Positions 36,646 to 51,330 are shown, counted from the whole stretch's first letter. The stretch is 63,352 nt of DNA, filler included, from Octopus bimaculoides (GCF_001194135.2; 10 parts of 9 records of this genome joined end to end with filler, not necessarily neighbours in it), one strand, 5' to 3'. Notes: a model not told the origin generated them from the sequence alone. A program made the numbers and translations.

Positions 36646-38093
36646 GTAAACTGCATTAGAAAGCCTTTACAGGTTCAAATATCTCTTAAACATATTTGAA
36701 CTGGTCTTAAGTTAGTAAACTGGTCTTAAGTTAGTAAACTGGTCTTAAGTTAGTATGTTTTCCTTCACTGCTTCGCGCATCTGCTCACGTATATCAATAT
36801 TTAATATCGTTCCTGACGATTCTCAATCAAAACTGACTTTGGCATTTATCTGGACCGGAAGAATATTGCAGATTTGATCTACAGTTTAATCCTTCTCTAA
36901 CTTTATCGCGCCACGCCATTAGACAAAAACGCTTAAGCATAGTTACCCATAATTTCAGGTAATTTACACAATCATTACATTCTATTAATCCCGTGTTTTC
37001 CATTAACCAAGAATTATTGCGACGTGTGTTATAGTGTAAGAAGTCGACCGCACAATCTGGATTTCGATTCGAACTTGAATACATTTCATTCACTCTGGTT
37101 ATGGATTTATGAGTTGGGCATTAAACCATTTCATTCCATATATTCATAATTCAATGAAGTAAGCAAATATTAAAAAAAAATTGAAATTCAACAAACGTTC
37201 TATCAAAAATTATACTGGACTTCTGAGTTGCGTCTAGGCTATAAAGTATGCTCATTATATTGCTGCAAATTAACCCATTACCTACCAGTGATCTCATATG
37301 AGATCACTTAAAAATTACAAATTTCGTAATTATCTGTCAATATTTACGCATATCTAACCTTTTTGCTATATCTACTAGGTATATTTCTCTGATATTCAAA
37401 TGAGGTTTGCTAATTTTTCACACAAAGACTACACTGTGCTAAGCAACAAAATTAGAAAAGAGGGATGGACTATGTCCATAAATCTTCTCTTTGGTCTTGT
37501 ACATATATAATGATATGTTTTGAGCCCTCATTGAGAAACATGATGTATCTACCAAAAAGGCAAATTTGAAGCTCTTTATACGTAGACCGGGTTTCAGTGC
37601 CCAAGAGGAAACTGCTCTCCATATCTGTTCTGAAAAAGTCTTTGAAATATTTTACCTAACAACAGGTTTATCTATCAATTTTCTCTCTCGCTCTCTTTCT
37701 CTCTCTATCTTTGTCCCTGATATATATATATATANNNNNNNNNNNNNNNNNNNNNNNNNNNNNNNNNNNNNNNNNNNNNNNNNNNNNNNNNNNNNNNNNN
37801 NNNNNNNNNNNNNNNNNNNNNNNNNNNNNNNNNNNNNNNNNNNNNNNNNNNNNNNNNNNNNNNNNNNNNNNNNNNNNNNNNNNNNNNNNNNNNNNNNNNN
37901 NNNNNNNNNNNNNNNNNNNNNNNNNNNNNNNNNNNNNNNNNNNNNNNNNNNNNNNNNNNNNNNNNNNNNNNNNNNNNNNNNNNNNNNNNNNNNNNNNNNN
38001 NNNNNNNNNNNNNNNNNNNNNNNNNNNNNNNNNNNNNNNNNNNNNNNNNNNNNNNNNNNNNNNNNNNNNNNNNNNNNNNNNNNNNNNNNNNNN

Positions 38094-38138
<45 letters not shown>

Positions 38139-38441
38139 CTATGATTGGTTAGCTGGCCGAAACTACGAAGTCAATGTCAATATTATTCTCGCTTAAAGAA
38201 TAATAAATTTGTTTTCTAACAAGTGATTGAGTAATCCTCCAGTTTATTGTAAAATTGTTTGTATTAAAACAGAAAAACAAACATTAATTTATGCCTTGTC
38301 GCTTCTTTAGTCTCTGGAAAATGACCGTCACCCTAAGGCGGCCTGTGTGCATGGTCAAAGCAGAAAACTTTCACTGGCATCTACCTATAGATATGTATAT
38401 TTGTGTGTGTGCAGGTGTGAGCGTGTATATATGTACACACG

Positions 38442-38477
<36 letters not shown>

Positions 38478-38494
38478 CACATTACTTTCTATTT

Positions 38495-38705
38495 TACTCT
38501 TTTATCTTTATTTGTTTCAGTCATTTGACTGCGGCCAGGCTGGAGCACCGCCTTTAGTCGAGCAAATCGACCCCAGGACTTATTCTTTGTAAGCCTAGTA
38601 CTTATTCTATCGGTGACTTTTGTCGAACCGCTAAGTTACGGGGACGTAAACACACCAGCATCGGTTGTCAAAGGATGTTGGGGGGACAAACACAGACACA
38701 CAAAT
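38495..38705 (-). mobile_element. SINE family A, 3' half
   Basis: Close match to 6563-6770. Confidence 0.8.
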
Positions 38706-38710
38706 ACACA

Positions 38711-38745
<35 letters not shown>

Positions 38746-38887
38746 NNNNNNNNNNNNNNNNNNNNNNNNNNNNNNNNNNNNNNNNNNNNTTAATTAATTA
38801 ANNNNNNNNNNNNNNNNNNNNNNNNNNNNNNNNNNNNNNNNNNNNATATATATATATATATATTCATATATATATATTCTTATAATT

Positions 38888-38947
<60 letters not shown>

Positions 38948-38962
38948 TATATTATATCTATA

Positions 38963-39000
<38 letters not shown>

Positions 39001-39120
39001 CATACATATACCAAACACAAACTCACACACACACATATGCACACGCATATCCATACATGTTTATATGTACTCATATGTACAAACATGTAAGGGAGCTGTT
39101 GGGTATATAAATATATATAT

Positions 39121-39206
<86 letters not shown>

Positions 39207-39301
39207 ACAGACAGACAAAAGTCATGGTCGGGTAACTGAGTGTCAGTGATGCTGTCTCATCGGGTGGAGTAGAATGAATGAACGAATGTGTGTGTGCGCG
39301 C

Positions 39302-39344
<43 letters not shown>

Positions 39345-39551
39345 TGCAGCTTCTTTGGGTCAACATTCTGACAACTATAATTTCAAAATAGGTTCGAACT
39401 TGCCAAAGGTTGAAGAATGGGTCTACACATAATTGTTTTCCAACGTAGCACATAAGCATATTGGATTGAAGGGTGAAGTGATTCACAATGTCCTTGTATA
39501 TATGTATGTATGTATATATGTATGTATGTATGTATACATTCACAAATGCAT

Positions 39552-39635
<84 letters not shown>

Positions 39636-40769
39636 AAGCATATAATTATATATATGTATATATTCCAAACTATGTGTCGTTCTATACGTGAGAACATAGT
39701 GCATGCATGTATATGGACATATATGCGTGAGTACAAGTATTATATATATGTGTGTGTGTGTGTGTTAGTATGTGAGTGTGTGAGTGTATGTATGCACAAA
39801 GAGATTTATGTACGTGCGTATACACACGCACACACACTCATGCACGCACACACACTCACACACACACATACACACATATATATTCACGCATGTATTGAAT
39901 GCCTCTGCACATTTGTAGATTGCTCTTTAGATCAATTAGGTTATCAATCTTTGGCAAAGTCATTCCAATAAATTGGTGCTGATGGGACATATATCATAGA
40001 GGTTGGAGCATTAGCAATGTCTTGAGGCATTTTGACTACCATCACCACCGCCACCGCCACCATCACATACCCACCCCCACCAACCTTTTAGTACCTCCAA
40101 CTGCGTCTTTAACAACGTCTGTAACAACTGCAACATTATTGGCAATAACGACATCGTCAATAGCATCTATACAGTTTCTTAGCCTGCTAGAAACAGCAGG
40201 CAACTGCGACTCAAATTACACCTTCCTTTGTAATGAGATGAAGAGCGCACTGAATAATGCAATCCTCGACATAATGTGTCTGAAAAAAGGTAGGATTGTC
40301 ACTGTTGGAACGTCATTGATCCTGGGTCTGCTCGATTATATTTGATTTGGTGTTAAACAATATAAACCTAACGATATGACAACATCGTCTCTGTAAGTCA
40401 TTTGCGAGAGGGAGTTTTTTTTTTTATTTTGTCAGTCACTTTTTCACGCCCTTGGTGGCCCTAATTGTTATTGTTTTTAGTCTCAGGTCAAATCCTTCAG
40501 ATCTGACCTGGGACAAAACAACATCAGTACCAGCAGGAACAGTAGCAATATTCCCTAATGACTCTACCAGCTCTCCACGCTCCTCCGCCTAATGAGGGTT
40601 TCTACATCGGCAGAAAGCGAGAAATTTACGTGAGGAAAAAAAACGGTAACGTTGACCTTGGCAGAATTGAAACTTAGAACATGAAGAGCCATCATTGAAT
40701 ACTAAAAGACATTTTCTCCGACGCTCTATCGATTCTGCCAATGCATCGCCGAAATAATTCTTTCACCTA

Positions 40770-41160
40770 TAGGCACAAGACCTGAAATTTTAGGAGGAGT
40801 GGCGGGGTCGCTTGTCAATTAGACTGACGCCAGTGTTCATCTGGTACTTATTCCATTGGCCTCGAAAGGACGAAAGGCAAAGTCTACATTGGCAGCATTT
40901 GAACTCAGAGCATAAAGAACCGAAACAAATGTGCGAAGTATTTTATCCGGCGTGCTAAGGGTTCTACCAGCTCACCGTTCTTCATCGCCTAATAATTGTT
41001 TCTAATTTAAGCAGAAGACCAGAAATTCTGAGGTGGGGGGATGAAGTTTGTCGTTTACGTTCACCTCACTTAATTGGTATTTTATTTTATGGACCCTTGT
41101 AAGGTTGAACGATAAAGTTGATCTTAGTAAGATATGAACTCAGAATGTAGAAAGCCAAAA
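40770..41160 (+). mobile_element. Two head-to-tail SINE family C copies
   Basis: Family C motif series at about 40770 and 41000; a minus-strand copy follows at 41190. Confidence 0.65.
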
Positions 41161-44100
41161 GAAATATTGTAAACCGATAATGCTCTTTTATGTTCTGAGT
41201 TCAAATTCTGTCAAATTTGCTTTCATCCCTCCTGCGCCGGTAAAATAAAATAAAATAACAGTAAAGTTTTGGGGTCGATATGATCCAAACTGTATGTATA
41301 GCCCTGCTCTGCATTTGAAAGCATCGCAGCTGCATTTGCAACTACAAGTGCTGTTATAGATGTTATTGCGACTGCTACTACTTCCCTGGTTGTTCTTACC
41401 TTGTCTTAATCTACCAGGAAACACGGTAATTGTAACAACAGCAACATCGAGCAAGAACAAATACAATAACTGCACTAGAATTCATAGTGCCGCCGCCGCC
41501 GCCGCCACCATTCCTCTATCACAACGACAGTAACAATAACAACAGCATGAAGCGACATAAGATGAGATTTTGATCAATACTGGGTTAAAAAGACTTCAAA
41601 TTTCTTTTCCTTTCATTCTTTCTTCTTCGTCTTCCAACTCTCATGGAGGTTCTTTTTTTCTTTCTTATTTTTCTGATAATTGCGTCTTTGAGATGTGAAA
41701 ACCTTCAGATACAGCCATGTTGTCAGTTGCTACGTGTCTCCTCCATTACATAGACAACAGTCATGTTGACAGATTGGTTCCAATGATAAATCTGATGACT
41801 AACCCGAAAATAACATGAACGAAATCGATGAAACGATCCCAAGAAAACAATAAATAAATAAATAGAATAAATTCGATTTGATCGAATGTTATCATCGTAC
41901 CCTACATAACCAAATGTAAACGGTTTACGTTAGAAGATCGATAGTTCGTTTCAGTTCCGACTATAAACTGAGCTCAGGCGATAATAGCCATGTCATGGCA
42001 AACTATAAGAAGTGTTCGGTGATTCTGGTACAGGCATTCCATCTATGAGACTAACAAGAGAAGTCTCTATACAGTTGATCAAGCTGCTAGAAATAGAATC
42101 TAGATCTACCTCAAATCCCACGCTACGATTTATATGTATTTTAAAGAACACTTTGGAATAGATTATGTTTGAATAAAAGATAGGACGGTTACCACTGGAA
42201 CCTGTTTATTCGTAAATCGACAGGATCAGGACTTATCTAAGATAAAAAATCAATAAGTGTACAACAACGATATAGTATAGTAACACTAATTGATATATCA
42301 GATATCAAATATATTCCTAGATAAAATGGCAAATTGGCAGAATTGCTAAAGCATTCAGATATGATATCTTTGCAGCGTTCGTTTCGACTCTGTGCGTTTT
42401 GAGATCAAATCCCACCGAGGTCAACCCTGCCTTTCATCCTCTCGGGATTGATAAACAGAATAACAGTTTAGGACAGTGAATTAACAGAATATAAAATGTA
42501 AGATCTGAAGCCTTGTATTTGTTTAGGATGTGTGCATTCTGAGTCGAAATCCCACCATCGTAATAAAGATGAAATGCTTGGGAATCCTTAAACGAATGTC
42601 CAAGCATTTTCAGCTGATCTCTGTCTGTGCCAGCACTCTAACAAACAGGAGAGATTGCAAGGGGATCTTTCAAGTAAGTGTACTCCAAGAAAAAAGTATA
42701 TTTTGTCTGAGAAAATGAACAAGCTGACTTTGAATCAAACAACGGTAGAGCACATTTTTGTTGTATGTTATTTTATTGTGGAGTTCATTGGATGTGTTGG
42801 GTTGAAATATCATCTCATATATTTCAGTGAACCAACAAGCAAAGTCAGACCAACTAATGTTTACATAACCGAGAAACTAGTTAAAAAATTTAGATAAGTC
42901 TTTTTCAAATTACTACAAACTCGAAAAGGTAGAGAAAGACGCATTGGATATAGAAGTCCTATATACTCAATGTCAGAGGAAAAGACAAGACCGTTGTCGC
43001 CGAAAGTCTTCCGACCATAAATTCTTCGTCAATACTGACCTGTGGCTAAACAACGACAAAAGCAATTGACGTTAAATGAGGGAGAGAAATATTTTCGGTT
43101 GCATAGCTAAAATGGGTGAAAGTATGGTGTGTGGTTAAGAAGTTTACCTAGCAACTATCTGGTTTCATGTTCGATCTTACTGCATACTAACTTGAGCAAA
43201 TGTCTTCTATCATAACCTCAGATCGACCGAAATCTGGTGAATAAAATTTGGCTGACAGAAAATGTTTCAAAGCTTGTCAGAAGGCCGTTGATGTGTTGGG
43301 ATAGTGGACTTAATCCGTCGCTGGATGTCATACCATACCACATCTTGGATCTCGGGTGCCTTTAATAGAGTCCACCCTGGAGTAAGAATTCGGGTCAAGT
43401 CTCCAGTCGGAGGATAAATTCCACCTCATACCCTACCAATCTTGGAAGGACTGGAAAGGTTCTCGTATGCTTCTCCTACTCTTCTGACTAAGGCAATATT
43501 TCAATATGCTGTTGGTAAATTTACCAACTGAAAAATTGAACCCAGCCTGTAAACCAACTACTCTGATGTTCGGTCTCACACTAGTGTCCCCTAATCGTTT
43601 CAACTTGCATCGTCATTGGATTTGGGACAGGGGCTTCTGACTCACTGGACTCAGGAGTCTGTAAGCCAGTCAGCTTGTCCTGTTAATGTTTACTGTATAT
43701 TTCTGACAACTTCTGCTATATCTTTGGTGTTTTTCATTCCTTTCTTTTTATTCATTGATCGTTTTAATTTACGCCCCACCCTTCTTCTTAATCTTTCATT
43801 CACTCATTCATTTCTTTCTTCTCCCTTCTCTTCTTCCCCTTCGCCTCCAATTTCTCCTTACTCTTGGCAATGATTTATTTATTTTCCTTTTTTTGCATTC
43901 CTCTATAAAGTTATTCCTCCTTCCTTCAATACTTCCTTTCTTTTCTCAATCATTCAGTCATATTCTTACTGTCCTTCCTTTTCCTATTCATTCATCTCCT
44001 TTCTTTTCTAGTTTAATTTTTTTCATTTTTTTCAAATTTCATTTCTTTGTTATTATTCTTTTGGATTATTTCCTACAATTATTCCTTTCGGCCTTCCTTA

Positions 44101-44412
44101 ATTTTATTCCTTTCTTCCATTCATACTTCTACAAGATACTCTCGTTCTTCCCCACATTCATTTATTTATTCATTGATTCTTTCTGGGCTTTCAGTTCTAA
44201 ATATTTTTTAAATAGTTTTTTCCCCCTTCATATTATAACTGTGTTCTTGTTTAGCCGCACGTTGGTCCTGATCGAACAAAAACCTATGATCGAAGACAAT
44301 CCACTTGAGACCATTTCCATTTTTTCGCGATGCATATGATTGCATTACTTAACATACACACTTAACTTACTAAGGTGTTAGTCTAATGAGATTTGGTTGA
44401 TGTTTCTTGCAG

Positions 44413-44517
44413 ACTAAGCGGCTACATAAAGCAGAAATGGATAATTTTCTTTCAAGAATTGTGCCGCATCAGATATGACTCATCATCAGGCGGGTCACAC
44501 AACGAAAAAAATTCAAG
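44413..44517 (+). CDS. Candidate symmetric phase 2-2 exon (LSGYIKQKWIIFFQELCRIRYDSSSGGSHNEKNS)
   Basis: gatgtttcttgcag acceptor, AAG/gtaggt donor, 105 nt, only one frame open. Confidence 0.4.
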
Positions 44518-44778
44518 GTAGGTTTTTTTTGTTAGGCATGCCATTAAGAAAATCGTGCAGGCCACAATTTATCCATGACGGACGTAAAGGTTTCCATTTT
44601 AGCTTGTGCTGTATTTTAATAAAAATAAATAATATTATCAAAGGGAAATAACTCAAATACCAATGGCAAGAATTTGAATAATTAAATTAAAGGGTTGAAT
44701 ATTCCATCATCTCTTTCCATATATTTACATTTTAACCGCCCTCACCAACACCATAATCTACCACCATCTTTCTGACCC

Positions 44779-44822
<44 letters not shown>

Positions 44823-45320
44823 NNNNNNNNNNACACACACACACACACCAATACACATGCACACATATTCTCGCTGTCCTCCCTCTCTTCCCCTCTTGGT
44901 ATTACATATAATCCTTTCCTATTTCTATAAGTCTTCTCATGCTTTTCAGACTCTTTCCGAATTTCATCCATTATTTCAGAGGGACTTTTTTCTCTTTTTC
45001 CTCTATTCCTTTGTTTATTTTTCTTTCTTTCTTTCTTTCTTACCTACTTTCTCTCTTTCATTCTTTCTTACTTTCTTTCTTTCTTTCTTTCTTTATTTAT
45101 TTATTTATTTATTTATTTTCTTCATCCGCACTAAACTTTTATTTTTCTATATCTTTATATGTATGAACTCTTTATCTCTTTTAACTCCCTTCACAGCCCA
45201 CGCCATCTTTCTTCCTTTCTCACCTTCACTGCATTACATATACATATATACATCCATATACATATGCCCACTCTACATATCTACTTAGCTTTATATATGT
45301 ACACACACACACACACACAC

Positions 45321-45400
<80 letters not shown>

Positions 45401-45478
45401 GTGTATATGCATATGTATTTCTCCTTATCTCTTCACTGGCAAAATCTCACACTCTAAGTCTCTCTTTCTCTCTCTCTG

Positions 45479-45519
<41 letters not shown>

Positions 45520-45534
45520 TTCTCNNNNNNNNNN

Positions 45535-45586
<52 letters not shown>

Positions 45587-45611
45587 TCGCTCCCTATCAA
45601 TCTATTATTGC

Positions 45612-45654
<43 letters not shown>

Positions 45655-46137
45655 AATCTATCTTATCCATCTTCAGCTTTATTCCCCTTTCCTTATTCCA
45701 TTCCATTCAATCAATCGATCCAGTTCTCGGCAATGGCAGTAGCAGCGGCAGCAGCGGCAGCAGCACGTGTCAACTTAGCGATCATTCATTCAAACTCACC
45801 ACCGCCTAATATCCATGCAACTCGGCAAGTCAAAAGTATTGCGATAAGTAGATTTTTATTTGAGAAATTATGTGAATAAATGAATAGAAATGAATTCCGC
45901 TATTGAAATTTGAATGAATCTGTAAGAGGGTCATCGATTAGATGGCAAATTCTTTGCTAATAGCCAGACCTTTTAGGCTAGAAGATGAGGGCTGATTAAC
46001 TCGATTTCTTTGTGTTCCATTCTGATTTATGCATACTTACGTATACGGTAGTCGTACATTAACATGGCGCATATATTTCTTTGTATGTGTGTATACTTTA
46101 TGTGTGTGTGTGTGTGTGCGTGTATGTGTGTGTGTGT

Positions 46138-46169
<32 letters not shown>

Positions 46170-46746
46170 ATTTGTGTGTATATCTGTGTGTGTATCTGAG
46201 TGTATGTATGTATAGACACGCATTCTCTCTCCCTCTTTCCATTCTCGCTCCCCTTTTACTCTCTCTCTCTCTCTCCCTATATATATGTATATATATATAT
46301 ATNNNNNNNNNNNNNNNNNNNNNNNNNNNNNNNNNNNNNNNNNNNNNNNNNNNNNNNNNNNNNNNNNNNNNNNNNNNNNNNNNNNNNNNNNNNNNNNNNN
46401 NNNNNNNNNNNNNNNNNNNNNNNNNNNNNNNNNNNNNNNNNNNNNNNNNNNNNNNNNNNNNNNNNNNNNNNNNNNNNNNNNNNNNNNNNNNNNNNNNNNN
46501 NNNNNNNNNNNNNNNNNNNNNNNNNNNNNNNNNNNNNNNNNNNNNNNATATATATATATATATATATAAATATATACATATAAACATGAAGCATTGCAAA
46601 TATCAAATATACACACAAATATTACATACAAGCATACACGCACACACACACAATCACACACACGCACATATATTTATATAGATAGATAAATATATAAAAC
46701 ATATACGTATTTATGCATGCACACACGTATACACACATATGCATAC

Positions 46747-46819
<73 letters not shown>

Positions 46820-47077
46820 CAGAGTAAGACAGAGAGAAATGCAGACATATGCATATATGTACACATATGCATATATGTACACATATGCATTCAAGATAAA
46901 CATAAATGCATATGTACATATAATACAAATTTTCGTAAAAACAACGTTTTTAGTATATTTACACTGACGCAGATTCCTATTCATGAAGGGTTGTTTACAT
47001 TTGTACATACATCTTTACAAACAAACACACACGTGTGTGCGTGTGTGTGTATGCATGCATATACATATATATATATA

Positions 47078-47125
<48 letters not shown>

Positions 47126-47261
47126 GAATGTACGTGTGTGTGTATGTGGAGGGGTAAATACGCATATTGAAAGATATCCATAAGCATATATATACATGCA
47201 TGCATTAATTTACACACACACATATATATATATATGTGTGTGTGTAATTACACAAAAAACA

Positions 47262-47400
47262 AAAGACGAAGACAGGTGGTATAGAAAACAAACAGATGTA
47301 TTTAACATTTCGAGCCTACGCTCTTCCACAGAAAGGAAGACAGAAAGAAACAAGGAGAGAAACAAGAAGAGAAACAAGGAGAGAAAAAATGTGTGTAGTG
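47262..47400 (-). mobile_element. Penelope-like terminal relic with degenerate hammerhead-like motif
   Basis: Minus strand 47331-47304: CTGTGGA A GAG cgtagg CTC GAAA TGTT; core positions A6 and 15.2 deviate from consensus. Confidence 0.4.
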
Positions 47401-47697
47401 GTTAGCGATCTATCATGATCCTGTCTCCTCTCATCACCCACGAACTTCTCCACTGGACTTTCTACCTTTCTACACTCTTTTGGACTTTCTTTTGAACTTT
47501 CTTTTGAACTTTCTACACTCTGGCTGCACCTCTCCTGCCTATGGATTACTCTGGACTCTTCTGTGTATGTATACACACACATATATATATATATATANNN
47601 NNNNNNNNNNNNNNNNNNNNNNNNNNNNNNNNNNNNNNNNNTTAATTAATTAANNNNNNNNNNNNNNNNNNNNNNNNNNNNNNNNNNNNNNNNNNNN

Positions 47698-47729
<32 letters not shown>

Positions 47730-47740
47730 ATGCGTGCGTG

Positions 47741-47774
<34 letters not shown>

Positions 47775-48369
47775 TATATGTGTGTATGTATGTATGTATG
47801 TATATGTATAATATGTATTCATTTATAAATAAACTGTACTTCATGCATGAAGTACTGATTTTGTTCGTTTTTATGTCCAAAACGTGTGTCGTGTATGTAT
47901 GTGTATTTACACATACACATACAAACACACACACACACACACATACACACGAACACACACACTTACATACACACACGTAAAATAAAACATCACTGCGGGG
48001 ATCGTGTAAAATGATCTATCGAATTTCCAGAAATCCCAACTTTTTCTCGGGATAAAAAAATATAAACAAGAATATGAATAGACCTAATGATTCCAAGTCA
48101 ACCACTCCTAGAAGTTAGGTAGCTAAGGGGATAGGCTCACTTCCTTTTAGGTAATGGCCCACAAAATATAGGTGTTTTATATGTTAGATTCTCCGGGCTT
48201 GAAATATGTTCTACAGAGAGAAAGAATTACGGAGTTACTCGCTAAATGGATGTCGAAAATGATAGGATGGGGAAGTTGAATGGTTTCGAAGAGAGTAAAT
48301 GGAATTAACATTCGTAATTACACGGGAATTAGGAAGTGATGCTAACATTATTATTTTTAGTAGTAGTGC

Positions 48370-48700
48370 TATTAAGGCGGTGAGCTGGCAGAATCATTTG
48401 CACGCCGGGCAAAATGATTAGCGGCATTTCGTGCTTCTTCACGTTCTCAATTCAGGTTCAGCGAGGTCGACTTTGCCTTTCATCCTTTCGAGGTCGATAA
48501 AATAAGTACCACTTGAGCACTGAGCACTGGGAGTTGATGTAATCGAGTTACCCCTCCCCTTTGGGCCAAAATTTGAAACCATTATTATTATGGTTTCAAT
48601 TACTAACACAGAATTATTAGCACACCGAGCAAGATGCTTAGCAGCATTTCGTTCGTCTTTCCGTTCTGAATTCCGCCGAAGTCGATTTTGCTTGATCACT
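48370..48700 (-). mobile_element. SINE family C, one full and one partial copy
   Basis: GCGGTGAGCTGGCAGAATC...GAGGTCGACTTTGCCTTTCATCCTTTCGAGGTCGATAAAATAAGTACCA. Confidence 0.75.
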
Positions 48701-49159
48701 GATCAATCGTGAAACAAAAAAATATGATTCAATATGTTCCAGTCGGGACAATGCCGTCTTTTTGTATATTAGAAACAACATGGCTCCATATAAGCTTTAT
48801 TAATTTTGGTTGGGTGTGATTTGAGAGAGATCTGGCTGCTATCTTGAGAATGTTGCATGACGATGTGCTAGATAATAAAGAAAAGCAAAGTTGCCTGCCT
48901 ATAAGAAATACATACACAAACATTCACACGCACACAAACACTTTTTTTTACTTCTTTTTTAAGCGCTGTTTCAAGTTGTTGAACTAAGGAAGATGACTTT
49001 ATTACTTCAGCAAAGTGGCCGTCATTTAAAGAAATGTAATAAAAAAGTAATAATAAAGAGAAGTATTTTTCGGTTACACATATACATATCATTGCATATG
49101 ATCCTTGCGCGGGGTTTGGCCTAGGGATCACCACCAAACACTCTAATTGCAGAGACCCT

Positions 49160-50410
49160 GAAGAGTTTTGGTTTTCACCAAACCATGGCTCAAATCAAAG
49201 GGAAAAGGAACGAATTCATTCGTTCTTATGCCACATATAGAATTATTAGACAATGTATTCAAAGAGGAGACTAAAACACAAAAGGGCGAAAAAGAAACCA
49301 GTGACTATATGGAATCCGAGAAGGGTCGAGGAAACGCTGTGAGAGGGGAACACAACAAAGCAGATATCACCACTTTGGACAACTGTGAGCAGCAAAGCAG
49401 AGGCCGATCAGGAAAAATAGATGCAAAATATGAAGAATATAGCACAAGCAGGCTGAGGATGGCCATAGGTTCAAAGTGAGCGCAAAAACAAAAAGAAGTA
49501 AGAAGACAAAGGCTCTGGAATACAGAAATCTCAAACAGTCTGTAAGTTCTGTACAAAAGGTGCCTGCTGGTATGGAAACGTTGGGACAGGCTGTAGATTT
49601 CTTCATCAAAACTCCCGATCGGTACTCGTTTCGCTCGCCCCAAGGCAACAAACAACTCGGTCAGGATCAACGAGGGCACAAGTTAGGTTACAAACCACGA
49701 TGCCTCCATCTTGGAGATATGTGGATGGTACATGCACTGTTCCTAAGAGGAAACAATATATAGACGCAGTGCAGACAACAGCTAATGAATGACAGTCTGT
49801 TTTGGAAATGGCACATACGATTGTAAGGCAGCTGATCTGGTTTCATCAGACATTAAGTTCAAGAAACACATTCCAGCACTCAAGACCACTGCAAGCAACA
49901 AAAGATCCAGAGTGGCCAATTCTAACGCCTCTACAAATGTTAGATTAGTGACCACTACCGACACCCTACATATCACACTAATATTTTTGCTGAATGTCAG
50001 GGGCCCTGTAACGACCAACCGATGCAAAACCCCATACCTGAAAGACTTAGTTACGTGTGATCAAGCAATATGCATGGTACTAACAGAAACACATCTGAAC
50101 GCTGGCATATCAAATGCTGAAACACATGTACCAAAGTATGCTGTATTTCGAATAGACAGGAGAGAAAGAACTCATGGTGGCAATGTACATCCTGTCGTTC
50201 TGCTATCACAATCAAACTCAGTTTGTGACATTCTGACAGAACATATTAAACAGACAAAAACGGTAATATATACTATATATCACCTACCAGATGCTCCAAA
50301 TCATGGGAGTTCACTCGAAGAGAGACTCAAAAGATGGAACAAATATTAAACAACCTAAATGACAGCCTTCTCATACTTCTAGGAGACTTGAAATTCCCTA
50401 ATTTCGAATG
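49160..50410 (+). mobile_element. APE-type LINE 5' relic (CR1/L2/Jockey group): ORF1 with CCCH finger plus endonuclease N-terminus
   Basis: 49541-49606 reads CKFCTKGACWYGNVGTGCRFLH (C-x7-C-x8-C-x3-H); downstream LLNVRGP, LTETHL, Y.VFRIDR..R.HGG and LGDLKFP match APE motifs; stops present. Confidence 0.8.
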
Positions 50411-51330
50411 ACTTGAGGGCCGCCTCTCTCAGGCATGAACAGACTGGATGTAGTGGTTTGTAGTCGTATGGGGTGGGAGTGAACATACGTGTGATGGAAG
50501 GAGGTGAGGGGTGTCCTAAAAGTAGAGGTCGCTGTAGTTACGGTAGAAAAGGTAAAGCGAGAAGACAGCAAGTGTCTGATTTAGAGGCTGGAATGGTTGG
50601 CGAGTGGTTCCATAGTAATCAGTCAGGAGGTATTGTTTGCGATGTAGTTAAGGTTTTGTGTATGTAAAGCAACATCAGTACTGTGCCAGATATGGTAACA
50701 GTATTCCATTGTGATGATTACTTGAGATTTGTAAAGTGTTTTTAGTTGTTGAGAAGAGTGTAAATATTTTAGGGCTTTGACAGGAACATCCGTTTTTTGT
50801 GTTAGGGATGTTTTCCTAATATGGGGATTAACTGTGTGTTTATATGATTTAAAGAGAAAGAACCCCATTGAAGGCTGTTTTCAGGGTCTTTACGCATAGA
50901 GTCAATGTTGATGTGATGTGTCCAGATTACACGCTGAGAATGATCGTTTGAAGAACAAAGGGTTTGTATCATCTGCGTAGAGGTGTTTATTGTTGAAGGT
51001 AATGACAGGTAAGTTGACGATGTGTAGGAAAAAGGGTTGGATACAAAACCAACCCCTAGGGTGAATTAGAGTTTATAGTATCAGTCAGAGAGAAGGTTTT
51101 GTCAACATGGATGGTGGTACTACTTGATACAAAACCTGAGATAGCTGATAGCTGCTTTAAGATGTAGGAGTGGGTGTGGAAACGGTGTTTCATAGTACGG
51201 TAGGGAGTAGGTAAGACAGTTGTTAAAGGATCGATTAGGTGCAGGGAATGTCATTTGTCGGACATGAAACCAAGCGATAGTCATGATGTCTACCAGCTGG
51301 AAGAACAAGAATGGTAGAAAGTGTCACCGA
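50411..51330 (-). mobile_element. Degenerate LINE reverse transcriptase 3' region
   Basis: Minus strand INSNSP*GLVLYPTLF...LYADD (YADD at 50968-50979), then LKTLYKSQV...MEYCYHIW and LYLFYRNY, typical post-RT motifs of Jockey/CR1-group LINEs. Confidence 0.75.

Noticed and set aside
37566-37670. ETALHIC ankyrin-like motif
   Set aside because: Single partial match lacking the conserved Gly, weak donor, no neighbouring repeats.
41790-41815. CTGATGA...GAAA hammerhead-like string
   Set aside because: No stem II between the core halves and no stem I.
43755-45288. Phe/Leu/Ser-rich 140-190 aa ORFs resembling membrane proteins
   Set aside because: T/C-rich low-complexity DNA; composition-driven.
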